Notes: generated by a model from the letters alone, not told the origin. A stretch of DNA of 56,188 nucleotides from an uncultured virus (IMG/VR IMGVR_UViG_3300021962_000038) (IMGVR_UViG_3300021962_000038), one strand, 5' to 3'. Shown: positions 38,997-48,436, numbered from the stretch's first letter. A program made the numbers and translations.

Positions 38997-39944
38997 TTGA
39001 ATACTGAATTTTTATATGTGGAGAAATATAGACCTCAAACCATTGAGGAAACCATACTTCCTAAACCAATCAAAAACACTTTCAATGAGTTTGTAAAGAA
39101 AGGTGAAATACCTAATCTTATGTTGTGTGGTTCTGCTGGTGTAGGTAAAACTACTATTGCAAAGGCACTTTGTAATGAGTTGGGTGCAGACTTCATTGTG
39201 ATCAATGGTTCTGATGAAGGACGATTGATCGACACACTACGAACCAAGATCAAAAACTTTGCATCTACAACATCTTTGGGTGGAGGCCCTAAGGTGGTTA
39301 TACTAGACGAAGCAGATTATATAAGTGCAGAGAGTGTTCAACCTGCATTGAGAAACTTCATTGAGGAGTTCTCATCCAACTGTAGGTTTATTTTTACTTG
39401 CAATTACAAGAATAGAATTATTGCACCTCTACACTCACGAACTACTGTCATTGACTTCTCTTTGACACCTCAGGACAAACAACAACTTGCAGGTCAATTT
39501 CTTTCACGACTAGAAGAAATTTGCACTACAGAGAATATCAAATACGATCAAAAGGTTCTTGTAGAACTTATACTCAAGTTCTTTCCTGATTTCAGAAGAT
39601 GTATCAACGAAGTTCAAAGATACGGAGTATCAGGAGAGATTGATAGTGGTTTACTTGCAACACTAACTGAAGAAAAACTAACTCCTCTCATAACTACTAT
39701 ACAAGAGAAAAACTGGAAAGGAATGAGGAAGTGGGTTGCACAAAACTCAGACAATGATTTCAATACACTTTATCGTAAAGTGTTCAATGCATTAGAAACA
39801 AAATTACAACCAACATCACTTCCTGCAGCTGTTTTGATCATTGCAGATTATCAACATAAAGCTGCCTTTGCAATGGATAGTGAGATCAACTTTGTTGCTT
39901 GTTTGACAGAGATTATGTCAGAATGTAAATTTAGAGGAGACTGA
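38997..39944 (+). CDS. gp44: Clamp loader large subunit gp44
   Basis: Probable TTG start; VEKYRP, GSAGVGKTT, ILDEAD, SRT. Confidence 0.96.
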   Translation: MNTEFLYVEKYRPQTIEETILPKPIKNTFNEFVKKGEIPNLMLCGSAGVGKTTIAKALCNELGADFIVINGSDEGRLIDTLRTKIKNFASTTSLGGGPKVVILDEADYISAESVQPALRNFIEEFSSNCRFIFTCNYKNRIIAPLHSRTTVIDFSLTPQDKQQLAGQFLSRLEEICTTENIKYDQKVLVELILKFFPDFRRCINEVQRYGVSGEIDSGLLATLTEEKLTPLITTIQEKNWKGMRKWVAQNSDNDFNTLYRKVFNALETKLQPTSLPAAVLIIADYQHKAAFAMDSEINFVACLTEIMSECKFRGD

Positions 39945-39945
39945 T

Positions 39946-40245
39946 ATGGGACAATATGACGATAGAGTAGAAAGACAGAGAGTTCTGTTGGAGGCAGAGG
40001 AATGGGCAAAGGGGGTGAAATCCATTCATGCACACAGACTTCAATCCTTGTGGTATGACAATAGACCCATGGATACATTTGAGGGTAGTGTATGTGACAC
40101 TACCTACAATGATGATTCTATCAAACGAGAACTAGAAAATGGTAAGGTCGTTTGGATGAATTCTGAAAAGAAAACAGGTGACGATCTTATTGATCAATAT
40201 CTCAAAAAAGTCAATCCTTCTAAAACACAGCGTATTCTATTGTAA
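39946..40245 (+). CDS. Hypothetical protein inserted between gp44 and gp62
   Basis: SD GAGGAG; fills the gap exactly. Confidence 0.7.
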   Translation: MGQYDDRVERQRVLLEAEEWAKGVKSIHAHRLQSLWYDNRPMDTFEGSVCDTTYNDDSIKRELENGKVVWMNSEKKTGDDLIDQYLKKVNPSKTQRILL

Positions 40246-40246
40246 T

Positions 40247-40639
40247 ATGGATAAGACTAATCCTTTTGACTTTGTCAAGTCAGTGTCATATACAAAAAAA
40301 GACATCATGTTTGATGAAGTCGAGGAAAAGTCTTATGCACCATTCCTAACCAATAAAGCATTATCCTATCACCAAGATAGTATCATTTTTGCAAACGAAA
40401 TGAACATCAGACACGGTGCAGATAGTCGTCTTCAATACCTGTTTTTCCTAAATACTTTGAGAAAAAGAAATAGGTTTTCCACATGGATAAAACCTTATCA
40501 GAGTCAAAAACTCGAAGTTATTAGACAAGCATATCAGGTAAGCACCAAAGAGGCGAAAGACTATGCATCACTGTTATCTGAAAGTCAATATCGTGAGTTG
40601 AAAAAAAGAATGAACATTGGTGGTCAGGATAATGGATGA
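40247..40639 (+). CDS. gp62: Clamp loader small subunit gp62
   Basis: PFDFVKSV, YAPFLTNKALS, ANEMN, RKRNRFSTW. Confidence 0.93.
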   Translation: MDKTNPFDFVKSVSYTKKDIMFDEVEEKSYAPFLTNKALSYHQDSIIFANEMNIRHGADSRLQYLFFLNTLRKRNRFSTWIKPYQSQKLEVIRQAYQVSTKEAKDYASLLSESQYRELKKRMNIGGQDNG

Positions 40640-41027
40640 AATAATAAAAAACTTAGTCGAAGTAACTTTTGATAAAGATGACGATTTCTTAAAAATCAAA
40701 GAGACACTATCAAGAATAGGTGTTGCATCACGAAAAGAACAAGAACTGTTTCAATCGTGTCATATACTTCACAAAAGAGGTAAATACTACATCGTACACT
40801 TCAAAGAACTTTTTATGTTAGATGGGAAACCAACTAACATTGATGAGAATGACATTGGTAGAAGGAATACAATTGTAAGACTTTTACAACAATGGAATCT
40901 CTTGAAAGTGGTTGACAAGGGTCAGATAGAAGAACCACAAGCTCCTCTATCACAGATCAAGGTCATACCTTATAAAGAAAAGAGTATGTGGAAGTTGACT
41001 ACTAAATACTCTATAGGTGTAAAATAG
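40632..41027 (+). CDS. regA: Translational repressor RegA
   Basis: DDFLKIKETLSRIGVAS, QSCHILHKRGKYYIVHFKELF. Confidence 0.97.
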   Translation: MDEIIKNLVEVTFDKDDDFLKIKETLSRIGVASRKEQELFQSCHILHKRGKYYIVHFKELFMLDGKPTNIDENDIGRRNTIVRLLQQWNLLKVVDKGQIEEPQAPLSQIKVIPYKEKSMWKLTTKYSIGVK

Positions 41028-41070
41028 TATATAAATACTACTTACATAAAACAATAAAGGAGGCGGAATT

Positions 41071-41277
41071 ATGTTTCAAGGCATAATCGACTTCGTTATG
41101 GGGATATGGAACCTTCTAATGATCGTTCCAATTGTAATATCAATCTGTAGTGTTATTGTCGCATTGACACCAACACCACATGATGACAAGTTATGGGCCA
41201 AGGTATATAAATACCTTGAAGTTCTTGCACTTGCCGTTGGTAAAGCAAAGGACAAAAATCCATTACTTGACAAGTAA
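41071..41277 (+). CDS. Small membrane protein (holin-like)
   Basis: TATAAATA at 41030, SD AGGAGG; TM segment then LTPTPHDDK. Confidence 0.55.
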   Translation: MFQGIIDFVMGIWNLLMIVPIVISICSVIVALTPTPHDDKLWAKVYKYLEVLALAVGKAKDKNPLLDK

Positions 41278-41295
41278 TTAAATTGAGGATAAATT

Positions 41296-41565
41296 ATGGA
41301 CTTTTTGATATTTTTAGGAGTTGTTGCAGTTATAACCTTCTTCGTATGGAAAGGGAATAAAGATAGAGGAACCACATCGACAAGTTCTTCAACTACTGCA
41401 AAAGTGTCTGTAGACCGAAATGAAGATTCAGTAGTTTCTAAAGCTGAGCTGAAGAAACTTACTAAAGTTCAATTGGTACAACTTGCAGAAAAAAAATCTA
41501 TTTCAGTGAAGAAGTCAGGTTCAAAAGCTGACTTGATCAACGAGATACACTCTCAACTCAAATAA
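41296..41565 (+). CDS. Membrane-anchored protein with C-terminal HeH/Rho-N-like domain
   Basis: N-terminal TM; LKKLTKVQLVQLAEKKSISV...KADLINEI. Confidence 0.6.
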   Translation: MDFLIFLGVVAVITFFVWKGNKDRGTTSTSSSTTAKVSVDRNEDSVVSKAELKKLTKVQLVQLAEKKSISVKKSGSKADLINEIHSQLK

Positions 41566-41581
41566 ACCTTTTCAAGGTGCT

Positions 41582-41617
41582 AAAAGGGGAACAGTGTTCC
41601 CCTTTTTTTTATAAATA
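41582..41617 (+). terminator. Terminator fused to a late promoter
   Basis: AAAAGGGGAAC-AGT-GTTCCCCTTTT plus T run, running into TATAAATA at 41610. Confidence 0.85.
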
Positions 41618-41622
41618 ACAGT

Positions 41623-41919
41623 ATGGAATTTGTTTTTGAATTGATAACTGAATTGGGATTTCCTATTGCAATAGCATTAGTAATGGGGTTCTTTATATTC
41701 ACTATCATCAAACAAATTCTACAAGGTATAGTTGACAACATAAAGACACTTACCATGTTCTGTAAGTCACTAGAGAATCGTGCAAGAACGATGTCAAACG
41801 AAATGATAAAGATTGACATGTTGGTATCGTCTGCATTGGAACTCAGACCTGATATCGAAAGAGTTGCTCGTGCAGAGAACTTTATCGAAGACGGTAAACT
41901 AGATGTGAGGAGAGATTGA
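41623..41919 (+). CDS. Single-TM coiled-coil protein (holin/YvrJ-like)
   Basis: ELGFPIAIALVMGFFIF. Confidence 0.55.
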   Translation: MEFVFELITELGFPIAIALVMGFFIFTIIKQILQGIVDNIKTLTMFCKSLENRARTMSNEMIKIDMLVSSALELRPDIERVARAENFIEDGKLDVRRD

Positions 41920-42203
41920 TGGAAGAACTAGACATCATAGCTCTGATCTCACAATATGGATTTCCAATTGTTATGGCAGTTGGTCTAGGATACTTTATAT
42001 ACTATGTGTGGTGGTTCATTGGTGAACACATAGAGCCCGAAATTGAAAATATGCATTTTGCATTGATAAGAGTAATAGATCAAACAAGAATGTTAGACCA
42101 AGATCTTATTAGACTACAACAAAAAGTAAATGTAGTTCTTGAGTATAGAGAAAACGAAAAAAAGGGCAATATAAAAACCAATGAGGAAAAACTTAGAAGT
42201 TAG
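41916..42203 (+). CDS. Single-TM coiled-coil protein, paralogue of the previous gene
   Basis: QYGFPIVMAVGLGYFIY. Confidence 0.55.
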   Translation: MMEELDIIALISQYGFPIVMAVGLGYFIYYVWWFIGEHIEPEIENMHFALIRVIDQTRMLDQDLIRLQQKVNVVLEYRENEKKGNIKTNEEKLRS

Positions 42204-42666
42204 TATTTTATTACTATTATCAGGGGTGCTTCATGCATCACCTATTGTACACGATTTCAAAAATCCAAGTTTTAGTGGAGTAGGAACAGGTGCTCACTAT
42301 CTTACAATCGAGAACCAAGAGTTTTCTCGGAAGAAATCAATTGAAGATGCTCTTGAGTCTGCAAGAAAAGCTGCTGAAAGAGAAGCCGAGAACACAACCC
42401 TTTCAAAATTTATACGAAACTTAGAGAGTAGAATCTACGCTCAGTTTGCAAAACAACTTGTAGAGTCAATGTTTGCAAATGATAATCCTGCTGGGTTTGG
42501 TTCATTTGTTTTAGAAGGTAACACCGTTACATGGGAAGTTATAACAGATGAAAGTGGTACAGAATTTATTCGTCTGATTGTTGTTGCAGAAGATGGAACA
42601 TCTACAGAGATAACAATTCCAGTAGGAACAGGAAACTTCCAACAAGATCCTGACGGTACAGGATAA
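42181..42666 (+). CDS. csgF: Curli assembly protein CsgF-like
   Basis: Signal peptide (VLHA|SP) then FKNPSFSG matching the CsgF NPxFGG pore-binding N-terminus; C-terminal GTSTEITIP. Confidence 0.8.
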   Translation: MRKNLEVSILLLLSGVLHASPIVHDFKNPSFSGVGTGAHYLTIENQEFSRKKSIEDALESARKAAEREAENTTLSKFIRNLESRIYAQFAKQLVESMFANDNPAGFGSFVLEGNTVTWEVITDESGTEFIRLIVVAEDGTSTEITIPVGTGNFQQDPDGTG

Positions 42667-43583
42667 TGATTCGAGTTTTACTTGCACTTACACTACTTAT
42701 TAGTGGTTGTGCATCTATCCCAAGATTTAGTAATGATCCTCAGGAATGTAATCCAGCAACATGGGGGCCTGAATATAATCACGATCTATACAACTATGCA
42801 CTTGCAGCTGGTAGAACATTTGAAAGAGCTATGCCTTTTATTTGTGTAGAAAATCCTGAGATTGTAAAACTACCATCTTACATAGAATTACTAGAATTAC
42901 CACCTGCAAAGGAACAACCCATAGTTGCAGTCTATCAATTTTTAGATAAGACTGGACAGAGACAACCTTCCGACACAGTTGCATCATTCTCTACTGCCGT
43001 ATCACAAGGTGGTGTTGAGATGGTTATAGATGCACTCAAAACAGCAGGTCAAGGAAAATGGTTTAGGGTCGTAGAAAGAAACGGAATTGATAATCTTATT
43101 AGAGAAAGACAGATCATCCGTTCTGCAAGACAAGAGTATGCAGATTCTACAGGTACAGACCCACAAGGAATTCAACCCATGCTATTCGCAGGAATGATAA
43201 TAGAGGGTGGAATAATTGGTTATGATGCCAATGTGCAAACAGGTGGACGAGGCGCAAGGACACTTGGTATTGGCATGGCGAGACAGTATCGACAGGATGT
43301 TGTCACTGTCAGTATGAGAGCCGTTTCGGTTCTAACTGGTGAAGTTTTACTCAATGTTCAAACTCGTAAAACCATATTGAGTTATGGTGGTGGGGGAGAC
43401 ATCTTTAGATTTATTGAAGATGGAACACAACTCATAGAGTTTGAGGACGGAGTAGGAAACAATGAGTCAGTGACTTTTGCAGTACGAACAGCAATTGAGG
43501 CTGCCGTGCTGGGTTTAATACACCAAGGCCACGAAAGAGGTTTTTGGGAAATAGAGGGTAACGAAAATGAAGAAACTAATTAG
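42666..43583 (+). CDS. csgG: Curli secretion channel CsgG-like lipoprotein
   Basis: Lipobox ISGC; AVYQFLDKTGQ, FSTAVSQG, WFRVVER, ERQIIR, EGGIIGYD, TGEVL. Confidence 0.92.
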   Translation: MIRVLLALTLLISGCASIPRFSNDPQECNPATWGPEYNHDLYNYALAAGRTFERAMPFICVENPEIVKLPSYIELLELPPAKEQPIVAVYQFLDKTGQRQPSDTVASFSTAVSQGGVEMVIDALKTAGQGKWFRVVERNGIDNLIRERQIIRSARQEYADSTGTDPQGIQPMLFAGMIIEGGIIGYDANVQTGGRGARTLGIGMARQYRQDVVTVSMRAVSVLTGEVLLNVQTRKTILSYGGGGDIFRFIEDGTQLIEFEDGVGNNESVTFAVRTAIEAAVLGLIHQGHERGFWEIEGNENEETN

Positions 43584-44301
43584 TTTATTTTTACTTATGT
43601 CGACATCATTCGTTTTCGCACAGGCCACTGATGACAACGAAATTAAGATCACACAAACAGGTGATACTCTAAAACTATACATCGATCAAATCGGTTTTGG
43701 AAACAAAGTCGGTGGAGACGATGCAAGTAGTGGAACTTTAAGTTCAATGTCAATAACTGGTGCAACACTTGATTTCAACTTAGATTTCACTGGAGACCAA
43801 AACATTTTATTTGGGCCAGTTGTTGCAGACAGTTCATATTACATAATCGATATTACAGGAGACTCTAACGAGATAGACTGGAACATCGGATATGTCGGTA
43901 GCGCTGATAGTTCAAACATAAACTTTGATATCACAGGTGATTCAAACACCTTTGATTTAGATCAAGGCTATGTGGCTAGTGCTGAAAGACTTGATGCCGA
44001 CCTTATATTATTAGGAAGTTCTAATGTCTTTGACATAGACTGGGAAAGTGATGACATCGTTTGGAACTTTGATGTTACTGGTGCATCCAATAATATCAAT
44101 ACACTCCAAAATGATGGTGCAGGAAGTATAACTTTCACTCTTGATGGAGACAGTGCTGATGTAGATATCACTCAGATATCAGGTACTTGTTCACCATCAA
44201 ATGCATCTTGTTCATCACCTAATGGTGTAATCGTTTTAGATATTACTTCAGACAATGCAATCATTCAACTCGTTCAAAAAGACAGCGGGACTGATTCTTA
44301 G
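43567..44301 (+). CDS. Secreted curlin-like beta-repeat protein
   Basis: Signal peptide VFA|QA; DNEIKITQTG and repeated ITGDSN beta-arc motifs; Cys pair near the C-terminus. Confidence 0.7.
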   Translation: MKKLISLFLLMSTSFVFAQATDDNEIKITQTGDTLKLYIDQIGFGNKVGGDDASSGTLSSMSITGATLDFNLDFTGDQNILFGPVVADSSYYIIDITGDSNEIDWNIGYVGSADSSNINFDITGDSNTFDLDQGYVASAERLDADLILLGSSNVFDIDWESDDIVWNFDVTGASNNINTLQNDGAGSITFTLDGDSADVDITQISGTCSPSNASCSSPNGVIVLDITSDNAIIQLVQKDSGTDS

Positions 44302-45400
44302 TTTGTTATTTGTCAGTGGGGTTGACGCTCAAGTTGACCCCATTGGTGATATCATAGAGTCTACTGGTATAGGCTCAATCACTCGGAGTAGAGAAGACAT
44401 TGGAAACAATGTAGGTCTTGACATACTCCTCAGAGACGAAGCAAGAACTGGAAATGGTCGAATGAAAATTCAGTTCTTAGATAATGAAATACTTGACATG
44501 ACCGAAGGGACTTATGCATACATAGATGAAGCATATTATGACCCTGATCCAAACTTATCACGAATGTCATTACGAATGGTGCAGGGGACAGCACGATTCA
44601 CTTCAGGTGCAGGATTACGAATAAACAAAGCAAATGTAGAAGTGTCCACACCTACTGCACAAATATCCATAAAAGGAACAGATTTCACAACAAGTATAGA
44701 TGAGATTGGAAGATCACTTATCATACTTTTACCTGATGCAAATGGTAATGCATCAGGTATTATAGATGTAACTAACAACATGGGAACCATTACACTTGAT
44801 GAGGCCTATCAAGCAACAATGGTATCATCGTTAGACTCATCACCTACACCACCAGTAACTATAAACGGTATTACTCCTGCAATGATTGATAATATGTTTA
44901 TCATCAATCCACCTTCAGAGATCCGACAGGCAATCAGAGACCAAGCACAAAATGATTTGAATGATGATGGTGGTATACTTGATGTTGACTTCTTAGAGTT
45001 CAACGAACTGGAACAAGATGCACTTGTAGATTCAGAAGGAGATTTAGAGTTCTCAGAGTTAGACATAGACATGTTGGGTGTAGACTTTCTCACTGATCTT
45101 TTAGATGTTGTAGAAGAACTCACAAAGACCACAGTAACACTCTCAGATGTTCAGCAGGGTTCAGAGTCAGCTAATGTCAGATTACAGGGTGCAGAAATAG
45201 GGTTTAATAAGGATTCACAATACAATATCTTTGTTCAAGACGGAGATTTGTACTTCTATAGGAATGTCAGTGGTGTTATAGAAATTATCATTGTTGGTGA
45301 TCGATCAGGATTTATTGAGACAAATGTCGAAGGATACGAAGGTCGAATAGGGTTCGGAAGTGGTGATCCAACTGTCGAGATAGTCATTACTCAACAATAA
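44255..45400 (+). CDS. FecR-domain secreted protein
   Basis: Signal peptide; RTGNGRMKIQFLD, GTARFTSG, TPTAQISIKGTDF; acidic C-terminal half. Confidence 0.8.
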   Translation: MQSFNSFKKTAGLILSLLFVSGVDAQVDPIGDIIESTGIGSITRSREDIGNNVGLDILLRDEARTGNGRMKIQFLDNEILDMTEGTYAYIDEAYYDPDPNLSRMSLRMVQGTARFTSGAGLRINKANVEVSTPTAQISIKGTDFTTSIDEIGRSLIILLPDANGNASGIIDVTNNMGTITLDEAYQATMVSSLDSSPTPPVTINGITPAMIDNMFIINPPSEIRQAIRDQAQNDLNDDGGILDVDFLEFNELEQDALVDSEGDLEFSELDIDMLGVDFLTDLLDVVEELTKTTVTLSDVQQGSESANVRLQGAEIGFNKDSQYNIFVQDGDLYFYRNVSGVIEIIIVGDRSGFIETNVEGYEGRIGFGSGDPTVEIVITQQ

Positions 45401-45422
45401 ATATATCTAAGGGGGTAATTTT

Positions 45423-45569
45423 ATGGAATTACTATCAAAACTTGTTGATTGGCACAAGGGTAAAACACACCACTTTCAATCAGCACTTAGATTAGATGAT
45501 TATCACATGATGTGGATATCTTTTATGAAAGGAGTTATTTTAGTATTATTACTTCAATGGATATTTTAG
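45423..45569 (+). CDS. 48-aa membrane peptide; not in the ORF track
   Basis: AATAAATA at 45396, SD AGGGG; MELLSKLVDWHKGKTHHFQSALRLDDYHMMWISFMKGVILVLLLQWIF. Confidence 0.6.
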   Translation: MELLSKLVDWHKGKTHHFQSALRLDDYHMMWISFMKGVILVLLLQWIF

Positions 45570-46291
45570 AAAAAACTAAAAAATCATACGACAAGCCACT
45601 CTTATGGATAGGGTGGCTTGTTTTACTATCTTATTGTGGTCTTATTTTTGCAGACGACAATGAAATTACTATTTACCAAATCAGTGGAGATAACTTCAAT
45701 CTCACAATAGATCAATATGGTGCAGACAATGTCGTCAAAATGTATGATGCATATTCTTATGTCAGTGGTGCAAATATGTCATTGCATTTTTATCAAAACA
45801 ATGATGGTTCAAATCAAAACACAATAGACCTTTGGCATTTAGATGGATCAAATAATAGTATTCGTTGGGGTCAAGGTGGAAAATTAGATGATGCCTCTGA
45901 TACAACATTCTATTATGATGGAAGTGAAAGTGGTGGTCATTATGCTAACTTTGATATACATGGAAGTAATAATAATGTTGTAGGTTGGCAAGCAAACTCA
46001 GGTAATGGTGCTCACACATATAATCAATTAATCTTTAGTAGTTATAATGATGTATATGTAGAACAACGAGGTGATGGTGCTAAAACATTAAATCTTACCA
46101 TTAGTAATGATGGTAATGATGTAGAAGTAATTCAAATGAATACTGGACATACAGCAACAATTAACTTATCAGGTTCAGACCCAACCACATTAAATCTTTT
46201 ACAACAAGGATATACATCACAATCATATTCACTTTCACAAAGCTGTGTTACAGTGGGTGGTTGTTCAGTATCAGTCACACAAGGTAACTAA
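45557..46291 (+). CDS. Second secreted curlin-like protein
   Basis: Signal IFA|DDNEITIYQ; Q/N-rich repeats (IDQYGADN, VEQRGDG); C-terminal CVTVGGCSVSVTQ. Confidence 0.72.
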   Translation: MDILEKTKKSYDKPLLWIGWLVLLSYCGLIFADDNEITIYQISGDNFNLTIDQYGADNVVKMYDAYSYVSGANMSLHFYQNNDGSNQNTIDLWHLDGSNNSIRWGQGGKLDDASDTTFYYDGSESGGHYANFDIHGSNNNVVGWQANSGNGAHTYNQLIFSSYNDVYVEQRGDGAKTLNLTISNDGNDVEVIQMNTGHTATINLSGSDPTTLNLLQQGYTSQSYSLSQSCVTVGGCSVSVTQGN

Positions 46292-48129
46292 TGTACTCTT
46301 GGAAAACTGTAATCGCAACGATTGGTCTTCTAGTCGGTCTCAAAATATGGTCACCATACATTGTTGAAAATATACAATGGTCATGGTTTGACTTTCTTCA
46401 TCAACAAAAAGAAAAAGTTCATGTACCTGAAATTGTTCTTGTAAATATCGATGAACCATCATTACAAAAATACGGTCAGTTTCCGTGGCCAAGAGACACT
46501 TATAGAGATTTACTTTTACAAACAGACCCAACAAACACACATGTGTTTACTATGGTCTTTTCAGAGGAAGATAGATTTGGTGGAGATCGTGCATTTGCAG
46601 AAGGACTAATCAATCGTCTTACTATCTTAGGTTCACAACCTACACTTCAGTTGAATAGTGGTAATGCACCTTTTGTAAACACTACCACATTTGGTGGTGG
46701 AAATATTGAGGACTCTATATGGAAGTTCTCAGGGATTGCATCTCCTATTCCTATTTTACAAAACAACACTTATGGTGTTGGAGTTACAGTTGCAACACCT
46801 AGTGTATCAGGTACACCTAACTTTGATGGAACTATTCGGTCTGCACCATTGATTGTGTATGCAAACGACTCTGTATATCCATCACTTGCACTTGAAACAC
46901 TTCGTGCATACTTTGATCAACCTTCATATCAGACTAGAGTTGTTCCTGAATTAGGGATAGAATGGATACGAATGGGAAGGCAACCACCTATCAACACAAC
47001 ACCAACAGGTGATGTGATGATCACCTATTGGAATCACTTCGACACTATTTCCGTCTCTGAACTTGCAGACTCAGATATCAATAATAAGATTCTGATATGG
47101 GGTCTAACGGCAGAGGGTCTGAATAATCCAGTTTCAACCCCAATGGGTGTAATGTATCCTCACGAAGTGCAAGCCTCAATTCTCCAAACCGTTTTGCAAG
47201 GAGTTCAAATACAACAATCCTACTATCTTGAATTACTTGAAGTTGCTCTTCTTGTGATAGTTCTTTTAGGAATACTTCTTGTGGTCTACAAAACTCCCAC
47301 AGCTGTTGCGGGGATAGTGAGTCTAAGTGTTGTTGCAGGTCAGGTGGGATTGGGTTACTATATTTGGATTGATAAGTTGATTCTTTTCGATACTTTTTAT
47401 TCATCGATTAGTTCCTTATTAGTTTTTGGTCATGCTTCTTTCAACAAATACTATGTGACTTATCAACTCAAGGAACAAATTAAGAAGCAGTTCCAAAAAT
47501 ATTTATCTCCTGACATGGTTGAAGAACTGCAGAAAGATCCAAGTAAACTCAGACTTGGTGGTGATCGTAAAGAGATGACATTCATGTTTATGGACATTTG
47601 TGGGTTCACACCAGTCTCAGAATACTATAAAAACAATAATGATCCTGAGGGTTTAGTTGAACTAATCAATAAATACCTAGACACAATGACAAAAATAATT
47701 TTGTCAAATGGTGGAACCATAGACAAGTATATGGGTGATTGTATTATGGCGTTTTGGAATGCTCCCTTGGACTGTGAAAACCATGCTGAACTGGCAGTAA
47801 AGAGTGCAAAAGAAATTTCAGAAAAAGCAGACGAACTTATCAAAGATCTTGAAGACATGGGTCTTCCTCGTATTGATGTTGGCATCGGCATCAACACAGG
47901 CGAATGTATCGTTGGAAACATGGGGTCAGAACTTAGATTTGACTATTCCGTTATTGGAGATGCCGTCAACCTTGCCTCTCGACTCGAAGGCCAGACTCGC
48001 AATTATGATGGGGTTCGAGTGTTGCTATCGGAATTCACTTATCAACAGTGTAAAGGAAGAGATTTCAAACGAGTTGATTCTATCCAAGTTAAAGGAAAGT
48101 CAGAATCAGTTACAGTCTATACGATTTAG
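46291..48129 (+). CDS. CHASE2-domain class III adenylate cyclase
   Basis: VNIDEPSLQKYGQFPWPR (CHASE2), 3 TM, FMDICGFT, DKYMGDCIMAFW, GINTG, DYSVIGDAVNLASRLE. Confidence 0.93.
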   Translation: MYSWKTVIATIGLLVGLKIWSPYIVENIQWSWFDFLHQQKEKVHVPEIVLVNIDEPSLQKYGQFPWPRDTYRDLLLQTDPTNTHVFTMVFSEEDRFGGDRAFAEGLINRLTILGSQPTLQLNSGNAPFVNTTTFGGGNIEDSIWKFSGIASPIPILQNNTYGVGVTVATPSVSGTPNFDGTIRSAPLIVYANDSVYPSLALETLRAYFDQPSYQTRVVPELGIEWIRMGRQPPINTTPTGDVMITYWNHFDTISVSELADSDINNKILIWGLTAEGLNNPVSTPMGVMYPHEVQASILQTVLQGVQIQQSYYLELLEVALLVIVLLGILLVVYKTPTAVAGIVSLSVVAGQVGLGYYIWIDKLILFDTFYSSISSLLVFGHASFNKYYVTYQLKEQIKKQFQKYLSPDMVEELQKDPSKLRLGGDRKEMTFMFMDICGFTPVSEYYKNNNDPEGLVELINKYLDTMTKIILSNGGTIDKYMGDCIMAFWNAPLDCENHAELAVKSAKEISEKADELIKDLEDMGLPRIDVGIGINTGECIVGNMGSELRFDYSVIGDAVNLASRLEGQTRNYDGVRVLLSEFTYQQCKGRDFKRVDSIQVKGKSESVTVYTI

Positions 48130-48436
48130 AGAACCTGCATCCAATTTGGTTTGGTTTACATTTGCAACACTAAATGTATTAGATGTTTACTCTACACATA
48201 AGACTATGAAATATAAATGTGTTAGAGAACTCAATCCTTTTTTACCTGAAGTTCCCACAATATCAGAAATGATTGCATTGAAGTATATTATTCTTTATCC
48301 TACATTGAAGGCAACAAACGAAGTATATACTATTACCAACAATGATATGATCATGCCTAACTTTATTACAATGGGTGCTGTACTCAACAATTGGAATGTG
48401 TACAGAAGAGTAAAAGACACTTGTGAAAAAAGATAA
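47849..48436 (+). CDS. Hypothetical secreted/membrane protein overlapping the cyclase 3' end; start uncertain
   Basis: Frame open from 47804; TTG at 47849 gives MKTWVFLVLMLASASTQA; non-overlapping half has LDVYST...RELNPFL. Confidence 0.5.
   Translation: MKTWVFLVLMLASASTQANVSLETWGQNLDLTIPLLEMPSTLPLDSKARLAIMMGFECCYRNSLINSVKEEISNELILSKLKESQNQLQSIRFREPASNLVWFTFATLNVLDVYSTHKTMKYKCVRELNPFLPEVPTISEMIALKYIILYPTLKATNEVYTITNNDMIMPNFITMGAVLNNWNVYRRVKDTCEKR

Noticed and set aside
37784..40631. Extended N-termini given by the track for the DUF3310-like gene, gp45, gp44, gp62 and regA
   Set aside because: They overlap upstream genes or promoters; family-typical starts are at 37904/37913, 38205, 38997, 40247 and 40632
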